From positions 124,001-188,000 of IMG/VR virus record IMGVR_UViG_3300001782_000005: a stretch of 64,000 bases of DNA; one strand, 5' to 3'. The position numbers were made by a program, and so were the translations under genes. The notes beneath the pieces are model-generated. The model was not told the origin of the DNA, did not search any database, and worked only from the letters and a program-made list of their open reading frames with translations. This document shows, piece after piece, positions 19,280 through 30,768 of the stretch (its first letter is position 1; each line of letters begins with the position of its first letter).

Positions 19280-20200
19280 CTACATAAGAAAGACGGGTGC
19301 CTTATCTTGTTCTTTCTTCTCTTTGTCTTTTATATATGGTAATTTCATTTTCGTTGAATCTTTCTCGCAATATTCTTTATAAGGACAATATTTACACTGA
19401 TCGCTAGTTGCCCCTATAGGGTCAGGAACAATATTTTCCGAAATTGATTTTTGGAGAAGAAGTGAATTGTCAAGGAAGGATTTTGCTAGATTGTTATCCA
19501 TCGGAAGGTCGAACGGAACAACTCTCTTCAGACTTCTAGGAACATAAACAAGGGTAATCGTATGAATTTTATATTTATACTCATTATTGAGAATATAAGC
19601 ATAGATCAACCCCTGGTTATAATCCTTAATTTGATAAGTATTTTTAAATTTCTTATCATCAACCGATTTAATATCAATCAAAAATCCTTCCCTAATACCA
19701 TCAACTCTTCCCTTAACTTTATACTTCTCACTAATTACCGTCTTCTCAACTTCTTGAAAATCATAAAGATTTTCAATAAAATCGTGGATCGCTCCTCCAA
19801 CATGGTTAATTAGTGATAAATAAGCAAATCTATATTGCTCATTTATATCTATTGAGTATCTTTTCCTCGTATAATAAACTTTTCTAATACAAATAACCAG
19901 TTCACTAACCCAAACATACGGCCGATCATAACTTTGTAATCGTTTAAATTCGTCAATCAGTTTTGCTCTCATAAGGGATTCAAATTTAAGTAAATCAAAA
20001 CCCTCAGATTGTGGAAATGGTTTTAAACGAGGAATGTCCGAGTGAATATTAGTTGAACATTCCTCAATCAACTTCTTAGTCTGTTTTTCAACTAATTTTC
20101 TATCTTGAGTCTTAGCATCCTCTTGCGGACTAACTCCACCTTCAAGAAAATGTTCTAGATAATCGAGTAATCTTGAATATTCATGGTCAAGTTTAGACAT
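19280..20200 (-). CDS. Cas4-like PD-(D/E)xK exonuclease with Fe-S cysteines
   Basis: VSEL..C.RK, H, GRVDG, DIKS, Q..IY, CKYCPYKEYC. Confidence 0.8.
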   Translation of the reverse strand: MSKLDHEYSRLLDYLEHFLEGGVSPQEDAKTQDRKLVEKQTKKLIEECSTNIHSDIPRLKPFPQSEGFDLLKFESLMRAKLIDEFKRLQSYDRPYVWVSELVICIRKVYYTRKRYSIDINEQYRFAYLSLINHVGGAIHDFIENLYDFQEVEKTVISEKYKVKGRVDGIREGFLIDIKSVDDKKFKNTYQIKDYNQGLIYAYILNNEYKYKIHTITLVYVPRSLKRVVPFDLPMDNNLAKSFLDNSLLLQKSISENIVPDPIGATSDQCKYCPYKEYCEKDSTKMKLPYIKDKEKKEQDKAPVFLM

Positions 20201-20750
20201 CTTCTAAAATTAGTATAGCCTGCTCAACCAAGCTATCCCTAAGAATCTTATAAGCATCTTCAATAATTCTTCCTTCCCACTCATTCATCTTCTTATACTC
20301 AGCAGATTCAGAGATAGTCTTAGCGATCAGTAGGTTGTCAACAGCAAGGCGATAAGCCTTTTCCCTAATCTTCGTCTTTACTAATTGTTCAATGTCAACA
20401 TTTTTCTGTTCTTCAATGGTTTCTCTCAACTCAGCTTTGATGTCTGCTCTTCCCTTACTTGAGGTCACCAGATTTTGACTATTTTCTCTAGCAACCTTGG
20501 CGCTTTCACGTGCCATCTTTGTGAGCACCTTAGTATTGATGGACTCAGCAACTGCTTCAGGTTGATGACCTACCAGTTTGTATAACTCAATCAACACCGA
20601 GAGCAGAGCACCTTTGATTGACGTATATTCATCAATCAAACCTTCACAGCAAACTTCTTTCAATTTGCTCGCCGGTTTACCAAAGAGAACATAATCTACG
20701 GCGTAAAAGTTTTCAAGTATCCTAATTTTTGACTCTTTACTTAGGTTCAT
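20193..20750 (-). CDS. Hypothetical helical protein
   Basis: ORF with AGGAGG RBS. Confidence 0.5.
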   Translation of the reverse strand: MNLSKESKIRILENFYAVDYVLFGKPASKLKEVCCEGLIDEYTSIKGALLSVLIELYKLVGHQPEAVAESINTKVLTKMARESAKVARENSQNLVTSSKGRADIKAELRETIEEQKNVDIEQLVKTKIREKAYRLAVDNLLIAKTISESAEYKKMNEWEGRIIEDAYKILRDSLVEQAILILEDV

Positions 20751-20767
20751 AACTTTTCCTCCTAATA

Positions 20768-21088
20768 TTAATCTGTCTCACAAACTGGTTCTCTGGTGTG
20801 AGGTTCATCCTCAATCAACTCCAAGGAAACCTTCCTTGTATCCTGACAGAAATGTGTATTTTTAATAGCCAAAGCAATAGTTTTTAATGAATCTATTGTT
20901 CTTCCCTTTTTACCTATTATCTTGCCAAAATCTTCCTTCTTTACTTTTATTTGAACAATAATAGATTTAGTTGAAGTTACAATACTAATTTCAACTTCAT
21001 CTGGATTATCAACTAATCTTTTGGCCGTCTGTGTAACAAACTCCTCTAGCATATTTTTCATCTGTTGAACAGTATTATTAATTGCCAT
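20768..21088 (-). CDS. khpA: KH-domain RNA-binding protein (KhpA family)
   Basis: LVDNPDEV, DFGKIIGKKGRTIDSL GxxG loop. Confidence 0.85.
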   Translation of the reverse strand: MAINNTVQQMKNMLEEFVTQTAKRLVDNPDEVEISIVTSTKSIIVQIKVKKEDFGKIIGKKGRTIDSLKTIALAIKNTHFCQDTRKVSLELIEDEPHTREPVCETD

Positions 21089-21182
21089 CTTATATCAGCT
21101 CCTCCAATTGGCCAAACTCGTGTGAACTGGTGGCATCCAATTTTAATTTTGTTCTAAATCTAAACAAGTATTAGTTGTCTAA

Positions 21183-22439
21183 CTAAAAAACTTTCGGATT
21201 ATATGCCTCAATTATATCCCTTTGAATTGCATCCTTAACTGCTGCATCAAATGCTTTCTTGAAATCACCATTCTCCATATATAACTGAGTTGCATCTTTT
21301 GTTCTAAATTTCTTTTCTGGTAATGAAGTAAGATAATTCCATGCTCCAGAGTTTAATCTCTTAGTCTCCTTCAAAAATTCATAATTAGTCCAGAAATTAC
21401 TAAAACCTTTAACAAAATCTCCAACTAACTCAATCTCAACATTGGGAGGAAAAAGTTTATTCTTTACACATTTCACACTCGCCTTTATACCTTCAAAACC
21501 ATACATCTCAGGTTTAAGAGCACCTTTAACTTTCATTTCTAAAAGTTGAAAAGCGTTGAACTTCAAAACATTACCACCTGGCATATCTTTATGAGAACTC
21601 ATAAACCTAAGGTCTCTTGGAGTCTGAAATTGACCCATCTGTAAAACATCACGAAGTTGATTAACAGCAACAAGGCATATATTATAAGTTCCAATTTTTG
21701 ATACATACTTAGGTATAAGAATAGAAAATAAACGTGCTCTATATCCAATGACAGAATTTGGATCCTCTGCCTCCCTTTCTTTAATACTAAGCGTATTTGC
21801 AATAGAATCCCATACAATAAATGACGGTACACTAACAATTTTCTTCTGATGTTTAAAGATACATAAACCCTCAATAAATCTAAACACTTTTTCAACTGTT
21901 ATATCAGTATAGGGTTTTATCATTGGATTCCGAACTCCAAGGTTCGCCAATCTTATAGTTGTTGTTGCCTCCTCCGAATCGAGATATGATGCCAATAACT
22001 TACCTCTATAAATTCTTTGAGCATTACCTTGTGCCTGCATTGCAAGCATAGACTTACCACTACCGGGCTGACCAACTATAATATTTAATGATCCAACAGC
22101 AAACCCTCCCCCCAGAATAGCATCTAAAATATCAATACCAGTTGGAATAACTTGCTTTAGACCAGTATCCTCTGTTATCTCAACTTTCTGCTCCAGAAAT
22201 ATATTAAATTCCTTATATAACATCACTGCTTCTTCTTCAATAGATCCAATTTCAGGTTCGCCAGGAGCAGGAGGTTCTATAACGTCGGGTGGACTTGGTG
22301 GAATAGAGGATATATCTGGAGCGACCTCACCATCAATCTTTACACTCTCCATAACTTCTTTGAGATCAACTTGCTCAACCTTTTGGTCAGCTTGCTTTTC
22401 CTCTACATCTTCTATAACTTCATTGTTTTCCTCTGACAT
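21183..22439 (-). CDS. uvsX: RecA/UvsX recombinase
   Basis: PTG...LD..LGGG, Walker A GQPGSGKS, DSE, WDS, NQLR, PGG, KNK. Confidence 0.9.
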   Translation of the reverse strand: MSEENNEVIEDVEEKQADQKVEQVDLKEVMESVKIDGEVAPDISSIPPSPPDVIEPPAPGEPEIGSIEEEAVMLYKEFNIFLEQKVEITEDTGLKQVIPTGIDILDAILGGGFAVGSLNIIVGQPGSGKSMLAMQAQGNAQRIYRGKLLASYLDSEEATTTIRLANLGVRNPMIKPYTDITVEKVFRFIEGLCIFKHQKKIVSVPSFIVWDSIANTLSIKEREAEDPNSVIGYRARLFSILIPKYVSKIGTYNICLVAVNQLRDVLQMGQFQTPRDLRFMSSHKDMPGGNVLKFNAFQLLEMKVKGALKPEMYGFEGIKASVKCVKNKLFPPNVEIELVGDFVKGFSNFWTNYEFLKETKRLNSGAWNYLTSLPEKKFRTKDATQLYMENGDFKKAFDAAVKDAIQRDIIEAYNPKVF

Positions 22440-22812
22440 TCATCCCTCCTGACCTTTTAATTTTTGTTACTTCCTGCAGTGATTCTATCTTGCTCTTTCT
22501 GAGCTCTTTCAACTCTTTCTGCTAATGCTCCAATATCAAGAAGATCTGCAAGATCTCCAGCACCGCCTCCAGACAATTTTCTTCTTAAATCCATTTCATC
22601 TTTAAGACTCCTAGATATTTCCTTTCTTATATCAAGTAAACTATTAAAAAATGCTGTCGCCGTCTTAATTTTCTCCTCAAAAAGATATCTAAATCTTTTA
22701 TCAATTTTCTCCGGAAAAATACTACCCACCTCGGCCTGGATGGATTCAAGATTAGTTAGAAGTTCTTTGAGCGCCTCACGATTCTGCTTATACTCCTCCA
22801 GGAGCTGAATAA

Positions 22813-23052
22813 TTACCGCCTCATGGCCACTCCTATCTGAAATTCCGGACATATTTCTGGCCTCCATGCATAAAAAATCATCCTTGTTTCGTAAGATATA
22901 CAAGGATTACACTTCTCGCTACAATTAGACATTAGTAAACAACCATCACATGGATTAGGGATGGTTTTTTGAAACTCTTTTAACCTTTCTTGAGAGAAAT
23001 TCTTCTGACGTAACTTTTCTGTCTTCATCTGTATACCTGCATATAAACTCAC
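22813..23052 (-). CDS. Small Cx2Cx5Cx3C protein
   Basis: NPCDGCLLMSNCSEKC; overlaps neighbouring ORFs. Confidence 0.45.
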   Translation of the reverse strand: MSLYAGIQMKTEKLRQKNFSQERLKEFQKTIPNPCDGCLLMSNCSEKCNPCISYETRMIFYAWRPEICPEFQIGVAMRR

Positions 23053-23161
23053 AATCTCTAGTTACAGTACCACGACAGTAATTAATCTTATCATGTTTCT
23101 CAGCAAAAGGGCACGTCTCAGTATAGGGACACACCTCATTCGATTTTAGCCTCAAAGTCAT

Positions 23162-24898
23162 TTATTCCCCACAACTATTATCCCCAAGGTTACAAACCAT
23201 ATCTGATGCAGAGAGGTTTCTTATAATATTCCTTCCATTCTCTTTCAGATATTCAATTACTTCATCTTTATCCATTTTGTTATAAATCTGACCTTGCCGA
23301 ACACCATCTACATAAACAGTTACTCCCTTCAAATCTTTTATATACTCAAGAAGTAAATCACTCAATTGTTGATCCGTCGTCCCTGCTGGCATATTAATCG
23401 TCTTACTAACTGCACCATCAACAAACCTTTGAACTGCCGCTTGAATATTAAAATGATCTTTTGGTTCAAGTTCAAAAGAATCAACATACCAATCAGGTAT
23501 ATCAATTCCTTCTGAAAGAAACCTTTCATAAAGCGGATGAACATAAACCCGACTACCGACCCGATCATTTCTTACATATGATTTGGCAAATAGAGGTTCA
23601 ATTCCACTAGTTACATCAGCTATAAGAGAAATCGTTCCGGTTGGGGCAATTGCCATTGCCGTAACACAACGAGAACCATATTTCTTTATATCCATTCGTA
23701 ATTCACCAGGAAGCTTTTTAACAAACGAAGCATTTACATAAGGCATTTTCTCAAACTTTGGAAATGCGCCTTTCTCATCCGCCAATTTTACTAAAGTCTG
23801 ATAAATTATATTTCTAATAAATCTCATTACTTTCTCAGCCTCTTCTATAGATTTATCAGAACCATATCTTACACCCTTGGAAAATAAATATTCAGCTAAA
23901 CCCATAACTCCAATACCTATTCTCCTTGAATTATGGGCCTTAATATCAATCTCCTTTAACGAGTATTTATTTACATCAATAACATTATCAAGAAAACGTA
24001 CCGCTAGTTCGACAGTAGATTCAAGTTTTCTCCAATTTGTATAGACATTTCCTGTGATAAAACTAGGTAGGACAAGTGAACCTAAATTACAGACATCATA
24101 GGGAGCGAGAACTGCTTCCCCACAAGGATTTGTACCCGTGACTGGATCATAATAGTAGGAATTATTTTTTCTCAAATAATCCCAATTTAGAAGGCCAGGT
24201 TCAGCACACTCAATCATATTTTTTATGATCTTATCCCATATCAATCTAGCCTTCACTTTTCCATAGGATCTCTGTTTAAATTTGAATTCCCACTGTTTAT
24301 CTTCTTCGACGGCATTGAGAAATTCTTGATTAACAGCAACTGAAATATTGAAATGTGGTAATATCCCATGCTGCAACTTAGCATCTATAAAATCACAAAC
24401 CTCTGGGTGTCTAACATCAACAGAAGCAAGAGCTGCTGCCCTCCTAGCACCGCCACTCTCAATTGTTTCAGCGACTCCATCTGCTGCTTTAATAAAACTA
24501 ACTAACCCAGATGATTGACCACCCTTTCCCAGAATAATATCACCTTTTGGTCTTAACTGGGAAAAATTGCACCCGACCCCTCCTCCATCACTCCATAGAA
24601 TCAGAGCATCTTTTATAAATTGACCTATTTCTTCTATGGAGTCTCCACAAGGGAGATGATAACAGTTAAACAATGATCCGCTAGGTCTTCCACAATTTCT
24701 CAAAATCCTCCCGCCTGGCAAAAAGTCCCTATTGTAGATCATATCAAAGAATAGATCATAATATTTCTTATCACTCTCAACACTAGAAACAGTTCGTGCA
24801 ACTCTTTTGCAACACTCCTGCCAGTCCTCTCCTTCCATAAAATACCTAGCTTCGGCAACCGCTTGCGCGTTCGACGACAAAATAACTTCTTTGCCCAT
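23162..24898 (-). CDS. nrdJ: Adenosylcobalamin-dependent (class II) ribonucleotide reductase
   Basis: PGGRIL, NCY, TNPCGE, CNLGS, IAPTGTIS, SKTIN; compact, no beta subunit nearby. Confidence 0.88.
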   Translation of the reverse strand: MGKEVILSSNAQAVAEARYFMEGEDWQECCKRVARTVSSVESDKKYYDLFFDMIYNRDFLPGGRILRNCGRPSGSLFNCYHLPCGDSIEEIGQFIKDALILWSDGGGVGCNFSQLRPKGDIILGKGGQSSGLVSFIKAADGVAETIESGGARRAAALASVDVRHPEVCDFIDAKLQHGILPHFNISVAVNQEFLNAVEEDKQWEFKFKQRSYGKVKARLIWDKIIKNMIECAEPGLLNWDYLRKNNSYYYDPVTGTNPCGEAVLAPYDVCNLGSLVLPSFITGNVYTNWRKLESTVELAVRFLDNVIDVNKYSLKEIDIKAHNSRRIGIGVMGLAEYLFSKGVRYGSDKSIEEAEKVMRFIRNIIYQTLVKLADEKGAFPKFEKMPYVNASFVKKLPGELRMDIKKYGSRCVTAMAIAPTGTISLIADVTSGIEPLFAKSYVRNDRVGSRVYVHPLYERFLSEGIDIPDWYVDSFELEPKDHFNIQAAVQRFVDGAVSKTINMPAGTTDQQLSDLLLEYIKDLKGVTVYVDGVRQGQIYNKMDKDEVIEYLKENGRNIIRNLSASDMVCNLGDNSCGE

Positions 24899-24900
24899 CT

Positions 24901-25299
24901 TTATTTCTCCTTGCCTTTAAAAAGTAAGTATGTCTCACCTTTTGTATCTTTAAATACTGACAAAAAATGATATATCCCTTTAATTTTCCTCCCCTTAAAA
25001 TCAACTACTATGTGCCTTTTTGGTTCATATTTTAAAATTACACAACTCCCTCCATCCCATTTTTTTAATGTCCCTGCACCATAACCAGTTTTGATTTCTC
25101 CAGTAAATAATGCTTCTTCCTCAGTATGATCGTGAGTCCGGGTTACCATTACTCGAACTGCCTCTTTAGTTGGGATTTCTTTTCTAGATGCAAAGGATAT
25201 CCATTTTGTACCCCTAGGTATTTTAAAGCGAATATCATAATGAAGACCAGCCTTTTTGGCCCTATGTTCTATTACTACAAATTTGCTACTTACTTTCAT
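24901..25299 (-). CDS. Stand-alone LigD 3'-phosphoesterase domain
   Basis: FVVIEH.A...HYDIR, DH, YGAG....WD.G. Confidence 0.8.
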   Translation of the reverse strand: MKVSSKFVVIEHRAKKAGLHYDIRFKIPRGTKWISFASRKEIPTKEAVRVMVTRTHDHTEEEALFTGEIKTGYGAGTLKKWDGGSCVILKYEPKRHIVVDFKGRKIKGIYHFLSVFKDTKGETYLLFKGKEK

Positions 25300-25771
25300 C
25301 TTTAAATTCCTCCAATGCTAATCTAGCTAAGCAATAAGCATCACAAATATTATCGTCTTCAAAAGATTCGCCCCACCTCTTATAACACTTGAGAAGCATT
25401 AGATTCTTCTTTGCATTACCATTATTTGTGACAAATTTCTTTAAAGTTTTTGGTGGGATTATTTTGATTTGAATGTTGGTTTTAAAAAAGTAAGTTCTAA
25501 TTAAGAAATGTAATCCAGCCAATTCAAACAATCGACTAGATTTTGAGAAATAGGCAAGGTCCTCCATATAAACTTTTACTAAACGAGGGACTTTTTTTAT
25601 AAAAGAAAGATTTTCCAAAATATCCAGAAGTCGTTTTTCTGTCGGAGTATCAGAACTTGTAGAAATAAGTTTTTGCTCAACGATCTCCCCATCTTCATTA
25701 ATCATTACAATTCCGGTACCAATAAGACTCGGGTCGATACCAACGAAGTAATTACTCCCCCCTTCAACCAT
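25286..25771 (-). CDS. ruvC: RuvC-like Holliday junction resolvase
   Basis: VGIDPS...TG, E, P.TLKK..T.NG.A.K, DD..DAY. Confidence 0.85.
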   Translation of the reverse strand: MVEGGSNYFVGIDPSLIGTGIVMINEDGEIVEQKLISTSSDTPTEKRLLDILENLSFIKKVPRLVKVYMEDLAYFSKSSRLFELAGLHFLIRTYFFKTNIQIKIIPPKTLKKFVTNNGNAKKNLMLLKCYKRWGESFEDDNICDAYCLARLALEEFKDESK

Positions 25772-25786
25772 TTAGGTATTCTCCTC

Positions 25787-26512
25787 TTATCCATGATCAA
25801 TAATTACATTCGGTATTGCTCCAGCAGTTAATTTTTCAACAATCTCCCGCTTCTTCTCTTTTCCCTCATCCATAATTTCAGAACTCAAGGGTATCTCACC
25901 AAACGGGGTCCTTAGAGTTCCATCACCGTATTTCTTTCTAATTCTGCCTAACAGCATCATAATATCTGCAAGAGCCATTTCACAAAATAAAACCTGAAAT
26001 TCATTGGGAATACCTCTAAAATCTGGAGGTTGAATACGCTCATATTCTATGGTTACATATGGACCAGCATTTGTAACCACAGGAGAAATCCTTATCCTAT
26101 TGGGATGTATAAACTCATGAGTATAATCCCAACTAGAAAACATTTTTATCTGCATAGAAGTTGCAACGGCCAATGCCCAATCTTTTATCTCTCCTTGTGA
26201 TAGAGGACCCATTGGCGGATGACCATGTAGAATCAAATTACCTTCATCAAAATAAACATCAACAACATTCAGAATTTCGTACCCCTCGGGTTCATGAATA
26301 TAATACTCGTTACTTCTGCCAGGAACTTTATTTTGGTCAAGAGTCACATTTAGACCCATTCTCTTTACCTGCGGAATATAATACGAAAATTCTCGCAGAG
26401 TATAATCTGTGACATACTCCATGATCTTGCTATCTTCAATCTCAATAAAATTAAACGGGAAAGCAAGATTATCTTTTATATATTTCAAAACTCTAGATGG
26501 ATTTAACATCAT
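25787..26512 (-). CDS. Neck / head-tail adaptor protein (T4 gp13-like)
   Basis: LG.IR.KY, G....EG......E.L...P.....G C-terminal pattern. Confidence 0.6.
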   Translation of the reverse strand: MMLNPSRVLKYIKDNLAFPFNFIEIEDSKIMEYVTDYTLREFSYYIPQVKRMGLNVTLDQNKVPGRSNEYYIHEPEGYEILNVVDVYFDEGNLILHGHPPMGPLSQGEIKDWALAVATSMQIKMFSSWDYTHEFIHPNRIRISPVVTNAGPYVTIEYERIQPPDFRGIPNEFQVLFCEMALADIMMLLGRIRKKYGDGTLRTPFGEIPLSSEIMDEGKEKKREIVEKLTAGAIPNVIIDHG

Positions 26513-27651
26513 TTTCCTCCGTTATAATATATAACCTCCAAAATATCTTTATCAATAAACACTCGATTCATCTCTAATGCTTTCTTCATACTCTCTAATC
26601 TTGCTCGACTATCATTTTCTAAAATTTGTAATATCCTTTTTCTTTTCTCAATCATTTCAGTAGTTGTGGGTTCATCAACTTCTCTTGACAATAACTCAAA
26701 TGAAACTAACTTTAAGTTGTTGGAAATTAAACTCTTTTTCTCTTCTTGTTCTATTATTTGATTTATATATTTGTTCTTAAATTTGAGGTCGCCAAACTGA
26801 AAAATTGGTCTACAATTAAACACATCATCATATAATTTTTCCATTCCGCCAACCAACTTAACTATCTCATCCAATAGAGATGCGACCCTCTTCTGACCAA
26901 TGCCGGGGATTCCGTCAACATCATCCCCAGTATCACCAACTATTGCCATAGCAAGTGGAAGATATTCATCAGGAAAATTATTCTTGAATTTAAGATATCT
27001 GGTCATTACCTCATTCTTCTTTATTATCCTCTTCCTTCGCCCAGTCTTACAAAATATATAGACATTATCATTCACACACTGAAAAAGATCATGATCATTG
27101 GAATAAACAACATGGACAACATTTGGACTTGTATCAACTAAAGAATTTCTTATAAGATAATACGGGATAAAATCAGTTTCCAAATTAGGAATTCTGATAA
27201 TCTTTATATTTGGCATCAAATTGCAAGCTCTATCAATAAGTTGAAAATTCTTCTGAACTATTTCAGCAAATAATTCTCTCTTATCTCTCTCCAATCCATA
27301 AAGATCATCAATCTGCCTAGAGATTTTATATTTCTTACTTATATTTGTATGATAGTATGATTTTCCCGTCTCAAAAAAGATATAAAAATTTATATTAACT
27401 TTTCTTTTAACAGAGTATAGTTTATGAAACCAAAGAAATGATAATAAAGATTCAAAAACTGCAGTATTTATATAATTTGATTTAAGGGTACTCTCAACTA
27501 GATTTATAATCGCATGCTGCATATATAAAGATTGAAGATTATTTTTCAAATCCAAATAGAGATTCAAAGTATCATAATCAGAATATGATAGAATTTCATC
27601 AAGTATAGAATATGTCGGGTAATAACTAAGAATTGACGACGGGTGCATCAT
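26509..27651 (-). CDS. 5'-3' exonuclease / flap endonuclease (T4 RNase H-like)
   Basis: ETDF, SNDHDLFQ, GDTGDDVDGIPGIG; start reassigned to ATG 27651. Confidence 0.8.
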   Translation of the reverse strand: MMHPSSILSYYPTYSILDEILSYSDYDTLNLYLDLKNNLQSLYMQHAIINLVESTLKSNYINTAVFESLLSFLWFHKLYSVKRKVNINFYIFFETGKSYYHTNISKKYKISRQIDDLYGLERDKRELFAEIVQKNFQLIDRACNLMPNIKIIRIPNLETDFIPYYLIRNSLVDTSPNVVHVVYSNDHDLFQCVNDNVYIFCKTGRRKRIIKKNEVMTRYLKFKNNFPDEYLPLAMAIVGDTGDDVDGIPGIGQKRVASLLDEIVKLVGGMEKLYDDVFNCRPIFQFGDLKFKNKYINQIIEQEEKKSLISNNLKLVSFELLSREVDEPTTTEMIEKRKRILQILENDSRARLESMKKALEMNRVFIDKDILEVIYYNGGK

Positions 27652-28134
27652 TATCTCCCAAAGAATGATATTTCTTTCCAACTTCCATAATTTTTTTGTC
27701 AATATCATATATTTGTTCTCGAATTTGACCCATTTCTCCTTCTTTTCTTTTTAATTCTTGTTCGTGGAAATCTCTTCTTCTAATCAGGTCAACCATCTCG
27801 AGTGGTTGGTTAACCTTCTCATCACCCAAGTAAATATCCCACTCTTGCTTATCTCCCACAAACCACATAAAATATTTTATTTTCTTCATCTTAGATTTAT
27901 AAGAATCATAGTGTGCTTTCCAACCTGCCAGAAGATTTCCATCTAAATCATAAACATTAAGCTCTATAACTGCATAGGGCGGCTGACGCTTATTCCATAC
28001 CTCAAGAGACTTAGGAAACCTATCAACTATATCTTCCAGACTATCATACTCATAAACGTCCGTATGTGTATCTTTATGCTGGCAGCAACCACACCAATAT
28101 CCATTATGACTTATTTCTTCTACCTTGAAATACA

Positions 28135-28875
28135 TCAGTCACCCTCAGGATTTACAAGGCTAGATCTACAATAGACATTTATATCAATGTCAGATATAGC
28201 AGTTGATATTCTATTTAAGCAAACATTTTCTTGAATATTATACATCGTAAAATTCATATCACCATCGTGATCAATAATAAACGGAATTGAAACAATATTC
28301 GTTACAAAATTCATATCACGGTTAGACATAATACCACTTACCAGTTTTGCATACTGATCTTTAGATTGAGCCTCAGTTGATATAGAAGCACTATCTCCTT
28401 CAAATATTACTCGAATATTATTAACATTAAAATTAGAAGTAATAACTCTTATTCTATCCGAGATTATTTTCTCAATACTACAATTTAGAATACAATCAGA
28501 CTCATCAGCTACAAGTATACTTTCAGCTTCCTCATCTGGCATAAACTTATTATTCATAAACTCTAAATTCGGCGTAGTAAATCTAAATGAAGAATACTGA
28601 TCTGTAAATGAGTAATCTCTTTCATTTACAGTTATTTCAACTTCCTGCTCAGAAAAACATTTTAATAAATCTATCTTCTGCTTCAAATTTGTTAAAGGTA
28701 TATTCAATGCAGGTATAATAGGATTCAAATCCATTTCAAAAACAGCCGAGTTATCATTAGTCCTCTGACGCACTACACCATTACGAATATCTACGTCATC
28801 AAAATCTTCCTTAAGAAGAGAAATACATCTAAGAAATTCATCATACCTTTCCGCACTAAGATTTACAGTAACCAT
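28135..28875 (-). CDS. DNA sliding clamp (gp45/PCNA-like)
   Basis: 246 aa, acidic, two-domain alpha/beta pattern, near the clamp loader. Confidence 0.55.
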   Translation of the reverse strand: MVTVNLSAERYDEFLRCISLLKEDFDDVDIRNGVVRQRTNDNSAVFEMDLNPIIPALNIPLTNLKQKIDLLKCFSEQEVEITVNERDYSFTDQYSSFRFTTPNLEFMNNKFMPDEEAESILVADESDCILNCSIEKIISDRIRVITSNFNVNNIRVIFEGDSASISTEAQSKDQYAKLVSGIMSNRDMNFVTNIVSIPFIIDHDGDMNFTMYNIQENVCLNRISTAISDIDINVYCRSSLVNPEGD

Positions 28876-29275
28876 TCAAACTCTCCTTTCTATCCAACCT
28901 TTTTCACGACAACCATATACACAAACTTATCCTCTTTTACTTCTATAGAACTAGAGAAGTCAATAGTTGTAAAACATTCCTCCACATTTTCAATTACTTC
29001 CATAACTCTCTCAGAAATATGTTTACTTCCTATTTCTTTAGAATTTATAGGAATTGAAAAAAGCATCAAGACAGCATCGTTATCATTATACTTACAGTTG
29101 AACATACACATATTGTTTCCCATAAGTTTAAATAAACGATCTTTCGATGCCGATTTACAAAGAAGTGCATAATAATCTATCTCAGTAACAGACCCGGTAT
29201 ATTTAGCATCAGAGTCAATTGTGGCCTCAAAAATCTCTTTTAATTTCTCTCTCACAACTTCTTTTCCCATATTAT

Positions 29276-30274
29276 CTACCCTCTACTAATATTTAAATAT
29301 TCATACTGGGGAATTATAGGAGTAATGTTAAAATCTTTACCTGTTTTATTATAAACAACAACTAACTTATTAATATAACGACCAACATTTCTTGTCATCC
29401 GCTTATAATAATCAATAGTAACATCGTTATCAGACAATATATAAATATCTGGCATTAAAACTCTCTCATTTTTCATAAGACTAACTATTAGGGATGTATA
29501 AGAGGTAGAGAATGCACAAGCATACAATCTAGCAGATTTTTTTATGTTTAAAGAATCAAATATATGTTCTGTGAATATATCAAAAATTCCCTCTGATATT
29601 ACAACTTCATTACCAAAAGGGTTACCACCATCTAGTTTATAATAGTCAAGAAATTTAGAAGCATAGAGATTATACTTCCAATGATCAAATTCTTGTGACT
29701 CATCTATATTTCTAAAATATAACCTACTTTGATTATTTGCTATAAAACAAATAAAATTCTCTTGAAGATAATCTTTAAGACGAAACAACGTTGGACTAAC
29801 TGGAATCTCATTCAATCTTATCAACTCATTAATATCAAAAACTAAACCTCTAATAGACTGAAGATCAACATTTCTAAATTTTAACCTTTGTTTAACATAG
29901 AGAGATTTTGCCTTAAACCTATCTTCTTCAATTTTCGGTCTTATCAACTTCTTTACTTGAACTTGCTGTCTAGCTAATTTTGTCCTTCTCTTTTTCCTTT
30001 CTTTAACCTCCTTTTCATCAACAAAATCATTTGAGATATCTTTTCCTTCTATTCTTCGTATTAGTTTAGGAATCACTCCACTAACATTACAATCTCCAAA
30101 AAAACAATGAAAAATCGGAGCTTCTAAAGATATATACATATGATAATGCTTCTTCTGCTTTCCATATTCGCACCAAGGACAACGACAGATAATATTACTC
30201 GATGAAACCTTAACAGGTTCACCAAGTCTATCTCTTAGAAAATCTATAAAACTGTCCTGATAAATACCAATCAT
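29276..30274 (-). CDS. DNA primase (T4 gp61-like)
   Basis: CPWC...H...C..C Zn finger; TOPRIM EGIFD, DND; KDFN. Confidence 0.8.
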   Translation of the reverse strand: MIGIYQDSFIDFLRDRLGEPVKVSSSNIICRCPWCEYGKQKKHYHMYISLEAPIFHCFFGDCNVSGVIPKLIRRIEGKDISNDFVDEKEVKERKKRRTKLARQQVQVKKLIRPKIEEDRFKAKSLYVKQRLKFRNVDLQSIRGLVFDINELIRLNEIPVSPTLFRLKDYLQENFICFIANNQSRLYFRNIDESQEFDHWKYNLYASKFLDYYKLDGGNPFGNEVVISEGIFDIFTEHIFDSLNIKKSARLYACAFSTSYTSLIVSLMKNERVLMPDIYILSDNDVTIDYYKRMTRNVGRYINKLVVVYNKTGKDFNITPIIPQYEYLNISRG

Positions 30275-30768
30275 TATTACTCCTAAATAGTCATTAACCC
30301 ACCAGATAATGACTCTTTAATATCGAGTTCCATCATCTTCTTAAAATCCTCCAAAGGAATCCAAAGGCAAACCTCTTGTAACTCAGGATTTATCTGATCA
30401 TCAATCCTATAATCTTTTCCCCTACCTACATAAACTTTAAGAACAACTCTTTTCCCTCTAGCATATGGGTGTGCTAACTCATTATCTTGTTCAACATAAC
30501 ATATACCGCACGGAACATCATTTGCTCTAACACATTGTTTACCAGTCAAAAGTTGAAAACCTTTACTATTAAACATCTTCCATCCAAGATTTTTATTTCT
30601 CACTTTTGATTTCATTCATTTCTCCAAGGACCCAAAGGTTCAAACCTATCCTCATCAACATAATAAACTGCGCTAAGACTCTCATCATCTAAACACTCAA
30701 AAATTACCTTCCTCTCTTCTTCATAAACTTTCAGAGCAAAAAGGTAACCATCAATATCTCTGAGTTCT

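Noticed and set aside
19280-20200. Cas4 as evidence of a CRISPR-Cas system
   Set aside because: Solo Cas4-like nucleases are common in phages; no cas1/cas2 or array is present
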